A stretch of 64,000 bases of DNA from assembly GCA_963724765.1 (NCBI GenBank), contig CAVRVY010000001.1:832001-896000 (forward strand), in the 5' to 3' direction. Made by a program: the position numbers and the translations under genes. This document shows, in pieces, positions 17,764 through 27,410 of the stretch. The stretch is from an uncultured delta proteobacterium (GTDB lineage: Bacteria > Desulfobacterota > Binatia > Binatales > Binataceae). The first letter of the stretch is position 1. Every line of letters starts with the position of its first letter. Under the pieces are notes generated by a model. The model did no database searches. It was not told the DNA's origin and saw nothing but the letters and a program-made list of their open reading frames with translations.

Positions 17764-19498
17764 AGCGTGGCTCACTGAATTTGAGGATCGCGCGCTTGCG
17801 CCATTCGGATCCAATCACGGTGAATTCTCCCAGCCGCTCGCGCAACTGTCCAAGTTCGCGTTCGTCGATCACCAGGACCACCGGCCCCGGCATATTCCAT
17901 AGCCTCAGCACATCGTCCTCCGAGCGAAAGAAATAGCGGCTGCCGTCGGCCGCGTGCATTTGGCCGAAGGCGAGTTCGGTCGGCGCGCCGACCAGGATCA
18001 CGCGGCGCCGGGTGTAAAACGGCAGCGCCTGGACATAGCGCGGGTAGCAGATGAGTGTCGCGTCCGGCGCGCGTGTCTGCACCATGCGCGCAAGCGCGGC
18101 GTAGGAACGCAGCGGCTCCGCCTCCAGACGGACATAGCTTCCGGCGCCTAACGCAATCGCCGCCGCCAGCACCATCGCCGCCAGTCCGGCGTCGAGCCGC
18201 CAATGGCGAAAGATTTCAGCCACCAGCGCGCCGCCGGCCGCGCCGATTAGGCCGAGCGCATAGAGCGCCGGCCGCGCAGCGATCACGTAGGGGCTGCTGA
18301 ACAACGGCGCCGTCATTGCCGCCACCAGCATCGCCACTCCGAGCAGGCTCAGGATAACGCCCACCGCGGCGAAGCGAATTCGCACGCCGGGAGGCTCTGC
18401 GCCGGCATGCGCGCCGGCCGGGAACGCGCGCGAATAAATTCCGTCGGCCAGCAACACCGCGATCGGCGCGGCGGCCGGCAGGATGTACGGGATGAGCTTG
18501 GCGCTGGCCGCCGAGAACATCACGATCACTACGGCGGCGGCGACGATACAGAAGCGCCCCGCCGGCGTGCGCGCGAGCGCGCGCCACGTGATGAACGGCG
18601 CCATCAGCGTCCACGGCATCATCCCGGCCGCCACCACTGGCAGATAGTAGTAAAAAGGCTCGCTGTGGCTGTAGCTGGATTGGAAGAAGCGGCGCAAATG
18701 CTCGCCGATGAAATAGAAGTCGACGAAACCGGGCTCGCGGATCGCGATCGCGATGAACCATGGCGCAGCGATCAGCAATACCATCGCGCCGCCCGCCAGC
18801 GCATGGAAGCGGCCGATCACGCCCGGCAATTCGCCCTGCCACCAGAGAAAGATCGCGAGCGTGAGGATCGGGATTGCCGCGGCCACCGGGCCCTTGGCGA
18901 GCAGGCCCATCGCGATCGCCGCGTAGCCGAGCCAGCACCAGCGTCCGCCCTCGCGCCAGTGCAGGTAGAGCGCGAACAGCGCCACCGTTACCGCCGCCGC
19001 GAGCAGCATGTCGGTGGTCAGCACTTGCGCCATCACGGCGTACAGCATCGAGGTAGTGAGAATCGCGCCGGCCAGCAGCGCCCGCCCGCGGCCCATCGTG
19101 CGCCGCACGAAAAGCCAGGTCATCAGCACGCCGCCGAGCGCGGCCAACGCCGGCGTCAGGCGCGCGGCGAATTCGTTGACGCCGAAGAGCGCCATCCACA
19201 TCGCGCCGAGCCAGTACAATAGCGGCGGCTTCTCAACGTAAGCGACGTAGTTGAGATGCGGCACGATGAAGTTGCGCGTGGCCAGCATCTCCCGCGCGAT
19301 CTCGGCGTAGCGCGCTTCGTCGGGCTCCCACAGGCCGTAACTGCCGAGATGGAAGAAGAAGACCGCGGACGCTAGCCCTAGCAATGCGAGCACTTCGACC
19401 TCGGACGAGCGCCAGAACGCGGCCGGCGCCGCGGATGCGGACGCGGCGGGCGATGCGAAGTGCGGCTCGATAGGCGCGGGCTCGGACACGACGCCCAA
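17753..19498 (-). CDS. ArnT-like GT-C glycosyltransferase (GT83/PMT_2)
   Basis: LWEPDEARYAEIAREM, YVEKPPLLYW, TTDM, LAKGP, H.EPFYYY and KLIPYILP motifs. Substrate not determined. Confidence 0.9.
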   Translation of the reverse strand: MGVVSEPAPIEPHFASPAASASAAPAAFWRSSEVEVLALLGLASAVFFFHLGSYGLWEPDEARYAEIAREMLATRNFIVPHLNYVAYVEKPPLLYWLGAMWMALFGVNEFAARLTPALAALGGVLMTWLFVRRTMGRGRALLAGAILTTSMLYAVMAQVLTTDMLLAAAVTVALFALYLHWREGGRWCWLGYAAIAMGLLAKGPVAAAIPILTLAIFLWWQGELPGVIGRFHALAGGAMVLLIAAPWFIAIAIREPGFVDFYFIGEHLRRFFQSSYSHSEPFYYYLPVVAAGMMPWTLMAPFITWRALARTPAGRFCIVAAAVVIVMFSAASAKLIPYILPAAAPIAVLLADGIYSRAFPAGAHAGAEPPGVRIRFAAVGVILSLLGVAMLVAAMTAPLFSSPYVIAARPALYALGLIGAAGGALVAEIFRHWRLDAGLAAMVLAAAIALGAGSYVRLEAEPLRSYAALARMVQTRAPDATLICYPRYVQALPFYTRRRVILVGAPTELAFGQMHAADGSRYFFRSEDDVLRLWNMPGPVVLVIDERELGQLRERLGEFTVIGSEWRKRAILKFSEPRYAS

Positions 19499-19552
19499 GT
19501 GTATCGTGCGGGGCGCGCTCGCGCAGCTATGCGCGCGCGCCTTCGCTTCCCG

Positions 19553-21277
19553 CTATAGCCCTGCGGCGCCGCCGCCCTTGCGCCGGTCGAAAGCGCCATT
19601 CAGATCGCCCGGCGCAATCGTGATCGCGCCGACCGCTCCCAGCGACCGCACTTCCTTGAGCCGGTAACCCATCTGCGCCAACGCGCTGCGCGTTGCCGCC
19701 GGCATCGTGGATTCGACGAACACCACGTCGGGCGCGGCCTGCTCATGTACCCGCGGCTCGTCGACGGCCGCCTCGGGTCCGAGGTGGAAGTCGATCACGT
19801 TGAGCGCGACCTGCAACACGCCGCTGATGATCGTCGGGCCGCCCGAGGCGCCGGCCGTCAGCACCGGATGACCGTGTCGCATCACGATGATCGGCGACAT
19901 GCTCGAGAGCGGGCGCTTGCCCGGTGCGATCTCGTTGGCCACCACGCCCTCGAGCTTGAACACGTTGGGCACGCCTGGCCCGGCGGCGAAGTCGTCCATC
20001 TCGTCGTTGAGCACCAGGCCGAGGCTCGCTACCGTCATCTTGGCGCCGAAAATCGTATTGATGGTGGTAGTGACGGCGACCACGTTGCCGTCCTTGTCGA
20101 CCACCAGCAGGTTGGAGGTGCCGTGGTCGGAGGCTGGCGCGAGGTGTTCCGGTGCGCCGCGATGCAGCGCGCGCTGGAGCGCCTCATCTATATGGCGCTG
20201 CGAGAGCAGCACGTCGATTGGTACGTGGACGAAGTCCGGATCGGCGTACTGCGCGCGATCGATGAAGCCTTCGCGCATCACCTCGATAAGCCGCGCCAGG
20301 TAGGGCGGCGAATCGACGCCCAAGCCGGAGACCGGAGCGCCGGCGAGCATCCCGAGGATTTCCAGCACCACGCCGCCCGATGACGGCGGCGGCATCGTCC
20401 AGACCTCGCAGTCGCGGTAGGCGCGATGAAGCGGCGCGCGCCATACCGGCTGGTATTGGGCGAGATCTTCGGCGCCGATCAGCCCGCCGTGCGCCTTCAT
20501 CCATTCGGCGAGGGTTTGTGCGATCTCGCCATGATAAAAGCGCGTCACTGGGTCGTCACCGAGCGAGCGCAGCGTCGCGCCGAGCGCCTTCTCGTGCAGG
20601 ATGTCGCCAGGCTTGGGTGGCGCGCCCGCGGGCGTGAGGTAGGTCGCCTTAAGCCCCGGATCGGCGGCTATTTGCGTCGTGGTTCGCGCGATGTCTTCCG
20701 CCAGATGAGGGGTGGCGGGAAAGCCCTGTTCGGCGAGCCTGATGGCCGGCGCCGCGGCCGCGGCAAATTTTATCGTGCCGAAGCGCCGAAGCGCGGCGTC
20801 GAGCCCCGCAAGCTCGCCCGGTACCGCGACGGCCAGCGGTCCCGTGCGCGCCAACTCTTCGTCGACCCTGCCGTTGCGCACGTACATCGTGGCGCTGGCG
20901 GCCATCGGCGCTCGCTCGCGATAGTCGAGCGCGTAAAAATTGTGCGTGCGAGCCAAGTAGATAAGCATGAAGCCACCGCCGCCAATTCCGCTCGAGGCCG
21001 GGTTGGTCACGCCCACGGCGAGCGCGGTTGCGGCGGCGGCGTCGATCGCGTTGCCGCCGTGGCTTAGGATTTCCACTCCGGCGCTCGCGGCAAGGGCGTT
21101 TTCCGCAACCACCATTGCGCGATGCGCTTCGGTGGCGCGGGCCGGCACGGTGGCGACGCAGAGCGCGACGATTGCGAGTGCCACGCATCCGGCGCATATG
21201 ACGAACGCGCGCGCGCGGCGGGTTGCACCGAAAAAAGTTTGTGCGGAAAACATCACTGGCCTTTGTAACAGCGTCAT
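19553..21277 (-). CDS. ggt: Gamma-glutamyltransferase
   Basis: GGNAIDAA, SGIGGGGF, DYRERAP, nucleophile Thr in HGTSN, LNDEMDDF and PGKRPLSSMSP. Start uncertain. Confidence 0.93.
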   Translation of the reverse strand: MTLLQRPVMFSAQTFFGATRRARAFVICAGCVALAIVALCVATVPARATEAHRAMVVAENALAASAGVEILSHGGNAIDAAAATALAVGVTNPASSGIGGGGFMLIYLARTHNFYALDYRERAPMAASATMYVRNGRVDEELARTGPLAVAVPGELAGLDAALRRFGTIKFAAAAAPAIRLAEQGFPATPHLAEDIARTTTQIAADPGLKATYLTPAGAPPKPGDILHEKALGATLRSLGDDPVTRFYHGEIAQTLAEWMKAHGGLIGAEDLAQYQPVWRAPLHRAYRDCEVWTMPPPSSGGVVLEILGMLAGAPVSGLGVDSPPYLARLIEVMREGFIDRAQYADPDFVHVPIDVLLSQRHIDEALQRALHRGAPEHLAPASDHGTSNLLVVDKDGNVVAVTTTINTIFGAKMTVASLGLVLNDEMDDFAAGPGVPNVFKLEGVVANEIAPGKRPLSSMSPIIVMRHGHPVLTAGASGGPTIISGVLQVALNVIDFHLGPEAAVDEPRVHEQAAPDVVFVESTMPAATRSALAQMGYRLKEVRSLGAVGAITIAPGDLNGAFDRRKGGGAAGL

Positions 21278-21470
21278 TCGCCCAAGGAAAGCTCGCGCGC
21301 ACGGCCGCGGGTGCAGCGAAGACCGGTCCGGGGAGGGTTTAACCGGTTAGATTTAGCGCGTGCGAAGTGCTTTGATCGCTTTCTCCCCTCGCGCCCCGCG
21401 CAAGCGCGTGGCGCGGGCGCAATCCAGGCCAAGAGTTCCAGATTAATTCCAGACTAAGAGGATAAGCCCA

Positions 21471-22292
21471 ATGGGATTCGACGAAATCATTTACGAAAAA
21501 GCCAACCGCGTCGCCGTGATCACGCTCAACCGCCCCGCGCGGCTCAACGCCTGGACCGGCCAGATGGAATCCGAATTGCGCGAGGCGCTGCTGGATTCCG
21601 AACACGACGACAAGGTCGGCGCGGTCGTGATTACCGGCGCGGGCAAGGCCTATTGCGCGGGCGCCGACATGGGCGCGCTCAACCGCGTGGCTGACGGCAC
21701 GACCTCGGCGGTGCAGGCCGTTTCGGGTGAGGTCGCCGGCACCAGCGAGACACGCGCGGACTTCCGCCAGCGCTTTTCCTGGATCGCCGGCCTCAGCAAG
21801 CCCGTGATCGGCGCGATCAACGGCGCGTGTGTCGGGATGGGCTTTACCACGGCGCTCTACCATGACATCCGGATCGCCTCGACGCGCGCGCGGATGGGGC
21901 TGATCTTCGTGCGCCGCGGCCTCGCCATCGAGCACGGCGCGAGCTGGCTGTTGCCGCGAATCGTGGGGCTCGCCAACGCGCTCGACCTCGCGCTAAGCGG
22001 GCGGCTGCTCGACGCGGAGGAGGCGCTGCGAATTGGCCTGGTAAGCCGGGTAGTGGCGCATGAGCAATTGATGCCGACGGCGCTGGAGCTGGCGGGCGAG
22101 ATCGCGACCAACTGCTCGCCGCTCGGAGTCGCGCATGCCAAGCGGCTCATCTATCACCATCTGTCGACCGACCTGGGCGCCGCGCTGGCGGAGGAGAACG
22201 AGTCAATTGCGGTGATGACGCATTCGGAGGATTTCAAGGAGGGCATCCGCGCCTTCCAGGAGAAACGTGCGCCGCGCTTCGTCGGGCGCTAA
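21471..22292 (+). CDS. Enoyl-CoA hydratase/isomerase family protein
   Basis: ITLNRP, YCAGADM, KPVIGAINGACVG and EGIRAFQEKR motifs. Confidence 0.92.
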   Translation: MGFDEIIYEKANRVAVITLNRPARLNAWTGQMESELREALLDSEHDDKVGAVVITGAGKAYCAGADMGALNRVADGTTSAVQAVSGEVAGTSETRADFRQRFSWIAGLSKPVIGAINGACVGMGFTTALYHDIRIASTRARMGLIFVRRGLAIEHGASWLLPRIVGLANALDLALSGRLLDAEEALRIGLVSRVVAHEQLMPTALELAGEIATNCSPLGVAHAKRLIYHHLSTDLGAALAEENESIAVMTHSEDFKEGIRAFQEKRAPRFVGR

Positions 22293-22335
22293 AGCGCAGG
22301 CGATATGGCGCGCACAGAAATCGGTAAACGGTCGT

Positions 22336-22821
22336 CTACTTGTCGAGCGGATGCTTGAAGCGGCGGTCGGGATGGCGCACGGTCAGTACCGCGCAGCCGG
22401 CCTTCTGCACCACGCGCTCGGCGACGCTGCCCAGCAACACGTGCGCAAGGCCGGTACGGCCGTGCGTTCCGAGCACGATGAGGTCGACATTGTCGGTCTG
22501 CGCAGCGTGGATGATCTCGAGAAATGGGGCGCCGACGCGCAGCAGGCTGCGCGCCTTGATTTGCGCGTCGCGCAGATGGGTGACGATCTTGTCGATCTCG
22601 CGCTGTGCCGCGAGCCGCTGTTCCTCGGCGATCTGGTTCATCGCGCCTGCATCGAAAGCGGGTCCCAGCTCGCTCACCATCACAGGCGGCAGCGGCTGGT
22701 CGACATGCAGCACGATTATTTCAGAGCCGAACTTGCGCGCCAGCTCCTCGGCGAAACGTTGCGCATTGAGCGAGTCGTCGGAGAAATCAGTGGCGAGCAG
22801 AATCTTGTTGAGTTCGGGCAC
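22336..22821 (-). CDS. Universal stress protein
   Basis: KILLATDFS and DLIVLGTHGRTG...GSVAERVV motifs. GTG start at 22821. Confidence 0.92.
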   Translation of the reverse strand: MPELNKILLATDFSDDSLNAQRFAEELARKFGSEIIVLHVDQPLPPVMVSELGPAFDAGAMNQIAEEQRLAAQREIDKIVTHLRDAQIKARSLLRVGAPFLEIIHAAQTDNVDLIVLGTHGRTGLAHVLLGSVAERVVQKAGCAVLTVRHPDRRFKHPLDK

Positions 22822-22926
22822 GGCTGACAGACGATACGCTGGTGGCGGCCGGTTGGGCAAGCGCCCGGTGGGGTGGATTCCGAGTATCGCGGCGCACTAA
22901 AATCGGCCAGAGGACGGCGGTCATAA

Positions 22927-23295
22927 ATGAAACGCTCCGACACGATGGCGTTGCGTGACTTCGAGCGCGCCTGCGACGAACTTTTCGACGAGTGGCTCGG
23001 GCGATGGCGTGGCGGAGCCGTCGCCGCAGCTTCAGGGGGTGCGGTCGTGGTCGACCGCGGCGAGGAATACGAGGTACGGGTCGAGGCCGCCGTGGAGGAC
23101 CCGGAGGTAATTCATATCGAGGTCAGCGAGGCGGCCTTGATCGTGCGAATTCCGCCTGGCGCGCATCCGGCCATCGAGCGCAGGATGACCTTTGCGCAAC
23201 CGGTCGATCGCGAGCGCACCACGGCGCGCTGGGCGGGTGGCATGCTGACGATCGTGCTGCCCAAGCTGCGCGGCCGTCGCGTCAAAGTGCAATAA
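22927..23295 (+). CDS. Small heat shock protein (Hsp20/alpha-crystallin), divergent
   Basis: Short beta-sandwich with ERRMTF..PVD and GMLTIVLPK. Start may be 22945. Confidence 0.8.
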   Translation: MKRSDTMALRDFERACDELFDEWLGRWRGGAVAAASGGAVVVDRGEEYEVRVEAAVEDPEVIHIEVSEAALIVRIPPGAHPAIERRMTFAQPVDRERTTARWAGGMLTIVLPKLRGRRVKVQ

Positions 23296-23324
23296 CCCGG
23301 ACACCGGACAAAAAGGAAGCGACG

Positions 23325-25871
23325 ATGGCCGAGGGCCACGATAACAAGCCCGCGCCAGAGCCACAGGAGCCGGCGCTGCAGCCCGCGGCCCCGCCGGTTG
23401 AACTCGGCGCGGACGAGCTGCGCGGCCACTCTCCACTGAGCCCCGACGAGCTGGTGAAGGCGGCGCGCGACGGCGCGCACGAGCTGCTCGGCCAGCAGCG
23501 CGCGCTCGACGCGGTGCGGATGGCGATCGGTATCGGCGCGCCCGGCTACAACGTCTTCGTCAGCCGCGTCCGCTCGCGGCGCGAGCGCGAATCGATCGTC
23601 CGCATCCTGCAGCAGCGGGCGGCGGCGATGCCGACGCCGGGCGACTGGGTTTACGTCAACAACTTCAAGAGTCCCGAGTCGCCGGCCGCGATTTACCTGC
23701 GTGGCGGGCAGGGCGCCGAGCTGCGCGACGGCATGCGCGATCTCGTCAGTTTCCTCATCGAGCAACTGCCCAAGGCCTTTCGCCGTGAAGACTTTGACCA
23801 GGAGCGCAAGGCGTTGCGCGAGAAGTACAACCGCCGCGCCCAGGAATTGTTCACCCAGCTCGAGACTGCTGCCCGCCAGCGCGGCTTCGCAATCCAGGGC
23901 ACGCCCACGGGCCAGCTGTTGTTCATACCGCTCATCGGCGGCAAAGTGCCCGAGTCGCCCGAAGATCTGAATCGCAAGATGCAGGAACTTCCCGAGCAGG
24001 AGCGCGAGCGGCTGGGCAAGGAGCAAAGCGAGCTCGCGGACCTATTCGCGACCATGACGATGCATCAGCAGGAGCTGATGCGCGAACTGATCGAGGAGAT
24101 CCGCCAGATCGAACGCACCTTCGCCGCGCGCCTCATCGCACCCGCCATCGCCGCGCTCAAAACTCGCTTCGAGAGCGCGGCCGTCTCGGCCTACCTCGAC
24201 CAGGTCGCCGCGCACATGCTCGACCGTCTCGATCGCTTCCGCGAGGCTGCGGAAGCGGGGCCCGAGGGCGCGCCGCGTTCCCCCGTGGCGCAGCGCCCCG
24301 ACAGCGCCGACGAGACCCGGTTCTTCGAGTATCAGGTCAACGTGGTCGTCGATAACGCCGGGCGTAGCGGCGCCCCGGTTATCGCCGAGGATGCGCCGAC
24401 TTATCGCAACCTGTTCGGCACCATCGAACGCTGGGTTGACCCGACCGGCCGCAGTGCGACCAACTTCACGCGCATAATCGGCGGCTCGCTGGTCAAGGCG
24501 CACGGCGGCTTTTTGCTCTTCGACCTCGACGACGCGATCGTCGAACCGGGCGTGTGGAAAACGCTCAAGCGCACCCTCAAGACCGGCCGCATGACGCTGG
24601 AGACGCTCGAGCCGTTCCCGTTCTTCATGGTGAGCGGACTCAAGCCCGAGCCGATCGAAGTGGCGACCAAGGTCGTCGTCACCGGCAGCCCTTACCTCTA
24701 CAACACGCTGTACTTTTACGATCCCGAGTTCATCGAGCTGTTCAAGGTCAAGGCCGAGCTGCGTCCGGTGGTTGATGCCGACGCGGAGGCCGCGCGCCAC
24801 TACGCCGCACGCGTGGCCGCGCTGGCGAAGACCGAGGGGCTGCTTGATTTCGAGGGCGGCGCGCTCGCGCGAATCGTGGAGTTCGGGATGCGCGAGGCTG
24901 GCGACCGCAAACGGCTGTTGAGCGTGATGGAACCGATCGACGACCTCGCGCGCGAGGCAGCGTATTACGCGCGCGCGGCGAACGACAAGCAGGTCGGCGC
25001 ACGCCACGTCGATCGCGCGCTCAGCGAGCGCATCCTGCGGGTCAACTTCATCGAGGAAGAAATCCGCCGGCTGATTGCCGGCGGCACCCTCATCGTTCAT
25101 CTCGAGGGCCGCGCGGTGGGCCAGGTCAACGGACTCGCGGTGCTCGACGCCGGCGGCTACAGCTTCGGCCGTCCCTCGCGCATCACCGCGACGGTCGCGC
25201 TCGGCCAGGCCGGCGTGATCAACATCGAGCGCGAGGCGCGGCTGTCGGGATCGACCCACGACAAGGGCATGATGATCCTCGGCGGTTTCTTCCGCCAGCG
25301 TTTCGGCCAGGAGTTGCCGGCCGCGATGACCGCGAGCATCGCGTTCGAGCAGTCCTACTCCGGGATCGACGGCGACAGCGCCAGCTCGACCGAACTCTAC
25401 GTGCTGCTCTCGGCGCTGAGCGGTGTGCCGCTGCGCCAGGACCTGGCCGTGACCGGCTCGGTCGACCAGTACGGCACGGTGCAGGCGATCGGCGGCGCCA
25501 ACGAAAAGATCGAGGGCTTTTACCGCGTGTGCAAGGCAACCGGGCTGAGCGGCACGCAGGGCGTGCTGCTCCCGCGCGCCAACGTCAACAACCTGATGCT
25601 CGATCCGGAAACGGTCGAGGCGGTCGCGAGCGGCCGCTTTCATGTCTACCCGGTTGACACTATCGACCAGGGAATCGAGATCCTGACCGGGATGCGCGCG
25701 GGCACGCTGCAGGAGCCGGGCACCATCAACCATCTCGTGAGCGCCCGCCTGCGCCGCATGTCGGACATCCTGCGCGAGCGCCGGCCGCCCGAGGAGAATC
25801 GCGCGCTGCAGGCGGGTCCGTCGCCAGCACCGGAGCCGCCGCCGCCGACACCGCCGGTTCCGCCGCGTTGA
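23325..25871 (+). CDS. Lon-like (LonC/peptidase S16) protease with coiled-coil insertion
   Basis: LGQQRA, DWVYVNNF, PTYRNLFG, GQVNGL, catalytic Ser in IDGDSAS and Lys in GGANEKIEGF. AAGGAAG precedes ATG 23325. Confidence 0.9.
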   Translation: MAEGHDNKPAPEPQEPALQPAAPPVELGADELRGHSPLSPDELVKAARDGAHELLGQQRALDAVRMAIGIGAPGYNVFVSRVRSRRERESIVRILQQRAAAMPTPGDWVYVNNFKSPESPAAIYLRGGQGAELRDGMRDLVSFLIEQLPKAFRREDFDQERKALREKYNRRAQELFTQLETAARQRGFAIQGTPTGQLLFIPLIGGKVPESPEDLNRKMQELPEQERERLGKEQSELADLFATMTMHQQELMRELIEEIRQIERTFAARLIAPAIAALKTRFESAAVSAYLDQVAAHMLDRLDRFREAAEAGPEGAPRSPVAQRPDSADETRFFEYQVNVVVDNAGRSGAPVIAEDAPTYRNLFGTIERWVDPTGRSATNFTRIIGGSLVKAHGGFLLFDLDDAIVEPGVWKTLKRTLKTGRMTLETLEPFPFFMVSGLKPEPIEVATKVVVTGSPYLYNTLYFYDPEFIELFKVKAELRPVVDADAEAARHYAARVAALAKTEGLLDFEGGALARIVEFGMREAGDRKRLLSVMEPIDDLAREAAYYARAANDKQVGARHVDRALSERILRVNFIEEEIRRLIAGGTLIVHLEGRAVGQVNGLAVLDAGGYSFGRPSRITATVALGQAGVINIEREARLSGSTHDKGMMILGGFFRQRFGQELPAAMTASIAFEQSYSGIDGDSASSTELYVLLSALSGVPLRQDLAVTGSVDQYGTVQAIGGANEKIEGFYRVCKATGLSGTQGVLLPRANVNNLMLDPETVEAVASGRFHVYPVDTIDQGIEILTGMRAGTLQEPGTINHLVSARLRRMSDILRERRPPEENRALQAGPSPAPEPPPPTPPVPPR

Positions 25872-26001
25872 GCGCCGCGCCATGCGCGATGCGGGAATTG
25901 ACGCCGCCCGATGGGCAGCATAGGAATGCTTCGGCGGACGTGCCGAACCTGACCGCGCCACGGTAGCTATACGCCTCGAGCCAAATTGCGGATTACCTGA
26001 G

Positions 26002-27405
26002 ATGCCGATCGACCTGCGCCTGGACGCCGACGAAGTCTCGCTGCTCACCGATTTCTACCTGCTCACAATGGCAGCAGCGTTTTTCGCCAACGGCAACAAC
26101 GATTCCGCCTGCTTCAGCATGTTCACGCGCCGGATGCCGCCGCGGCGCGGCTTCCTGGTGGCGGCCGGGCTGGAGCGGCTGCTCGAAGCGCTCGAGCAGT
26201 TTCACTTCGCGCCGCGGATGCTCGAATATCTCGAATCGCTGCGGCTGTTCACTTCAGAATTCCTGGGCTTCCTCGGCGGACTGCGGTTCAGCGGCGAAGT
26301 ATGGGCGATGCCCGAAGGCACGATCTTCTTCGCCAGCGAACCGATCCTGGAAGTACGCGCACCACTCATCGAGGCGCAGCTGCTCGAGACGCTGGTACTC
26401 AATCAGGCCGGCCTGGCTTCGCTCATCGCGAGCAAGGCGGCGCGCAGCCTGGTGGCGGCTGGCGGGCGGCGGCTGGTTGATTTCGGGCTGCGCCGCAGCC
26501 AGGGCGCCGACGCGGGGCTGGCCGCCGCGCGCTCCAGCTATCTCGCCGGCTTCGCCGGCACCTCCAACGTGCTGGCCGGGATGCGCTACGGAATTCCGCT
26601 CTACGGCACAATGGCGCACAGCTACGTGATGGCGCACGAGCAGGAGCGCGAAGCCTTCGACAGTTACGTCAAAGTTTTTCCGCGCCTCAGCACGTTGCTG
26701 GTCGATACGTACGACACGCTGCGCGGGGTTGAGAACGCGGCCACGGTGGCGTTGGAACTGCGCGAGAAGGGGGTCAAGCTTCAGGGCATCCGGCTTGACA
26801 GCGGCGACCTGCTGGAGCTGAGCAAACGTGCGCGCCGCCTGCTTGATCGGCGCGGGCTCTCCGACGTGCCGATTTTCGCCAGCGGCAACCTCGACGAATA
26901 CCGGATCGCCGAGCTGGTCAAGGCTGGCGCGCCGATCGACGCTTTCGGAGTGGGCACCGCTATGGCGGTGAGCGCGGATGCGCCCGCGCTCGACGTGGCC
27001 TACAAGCTGGTCGAGTACCGCGGCGAGCCGCGCCTGAAAACCTCGAGCGAAAAGGTCACGCTGCCCGGCCGCAAGCAGGTCTTCCGCGCGCGCAACGCCG
27101 CCGGCGGATTTTACGCCGACCTGATCGGTCTGTTCGAAGAGAGCCCGGACAGCCTGGAGCGCGAGTTTCGTCCGGCGCCCGGATCGGTCCAGCCGATGCT
27201 CGAACGCGTGTTCGCCGACGGCCATCGAATTGGCGCGCGGCCTCCGTTAAGCGAGCCGCGCGAGCGTTTCCTCGAATCTTTCGCCCGGCTCGAGCCTCGC
27301 TACAAGGACATCGACCGTCCCGAGACTTTCCCGGTACGCCCGAGCGCCGCGCTCAACGCGCTTATGATCAGCGAGAAGCTGCGCGCCGGCCGCCGCCAGG
27401 GCTGA
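26002..27405 (+). CDS. pncB: Nicotinate phosphoribosyltransferase
   Basis: LLTDFYLLTM, DFGLRR, GTMAHS, LVDTYD, RLDSGD and FGVGT motifs. Confidence 0.95.
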   Translation: MPIDLRLDADEVSLLTDFYLLTMAAAFFANGNNDSACFSMFTRRMPPRRGFLVAAGLERLLEALEQFHFAPRMLEYLESLRLFTSEFLGFLGGLRFSGEVWAMPEGTIFFASEPILEVRAPLIEAQLLETLVLNQAGLASLIASKAARSLVAAGGRRLVDFGLRRSQGADAGLAAARSSYLAGFAGTSNVLAGMRYGIPLYGTMAHSYVMAHEQEREAFDSYVKVFPRLSTLLVDTYDTLRGVENAATVALELREKGVKLQGIRLDSGDLLELSKRARRLLDRRGLSDVPIFASGNLDEYRIAELVKAGAPIDAFGVGTAMAVSADAPALDVAYKLVEYRGEPRLKTSSEKVTLPGRKQVFRARNAAGGFYADLIGLFEESPDSLEREFRPAPGSVQPMLERVFADGHRIGARPPLSEPRERFLESFARLEPRYKDIDRPETFPVRPSAALNALMISEKLRAGRRQG

Positions 27406-27410
27406 GCGCG

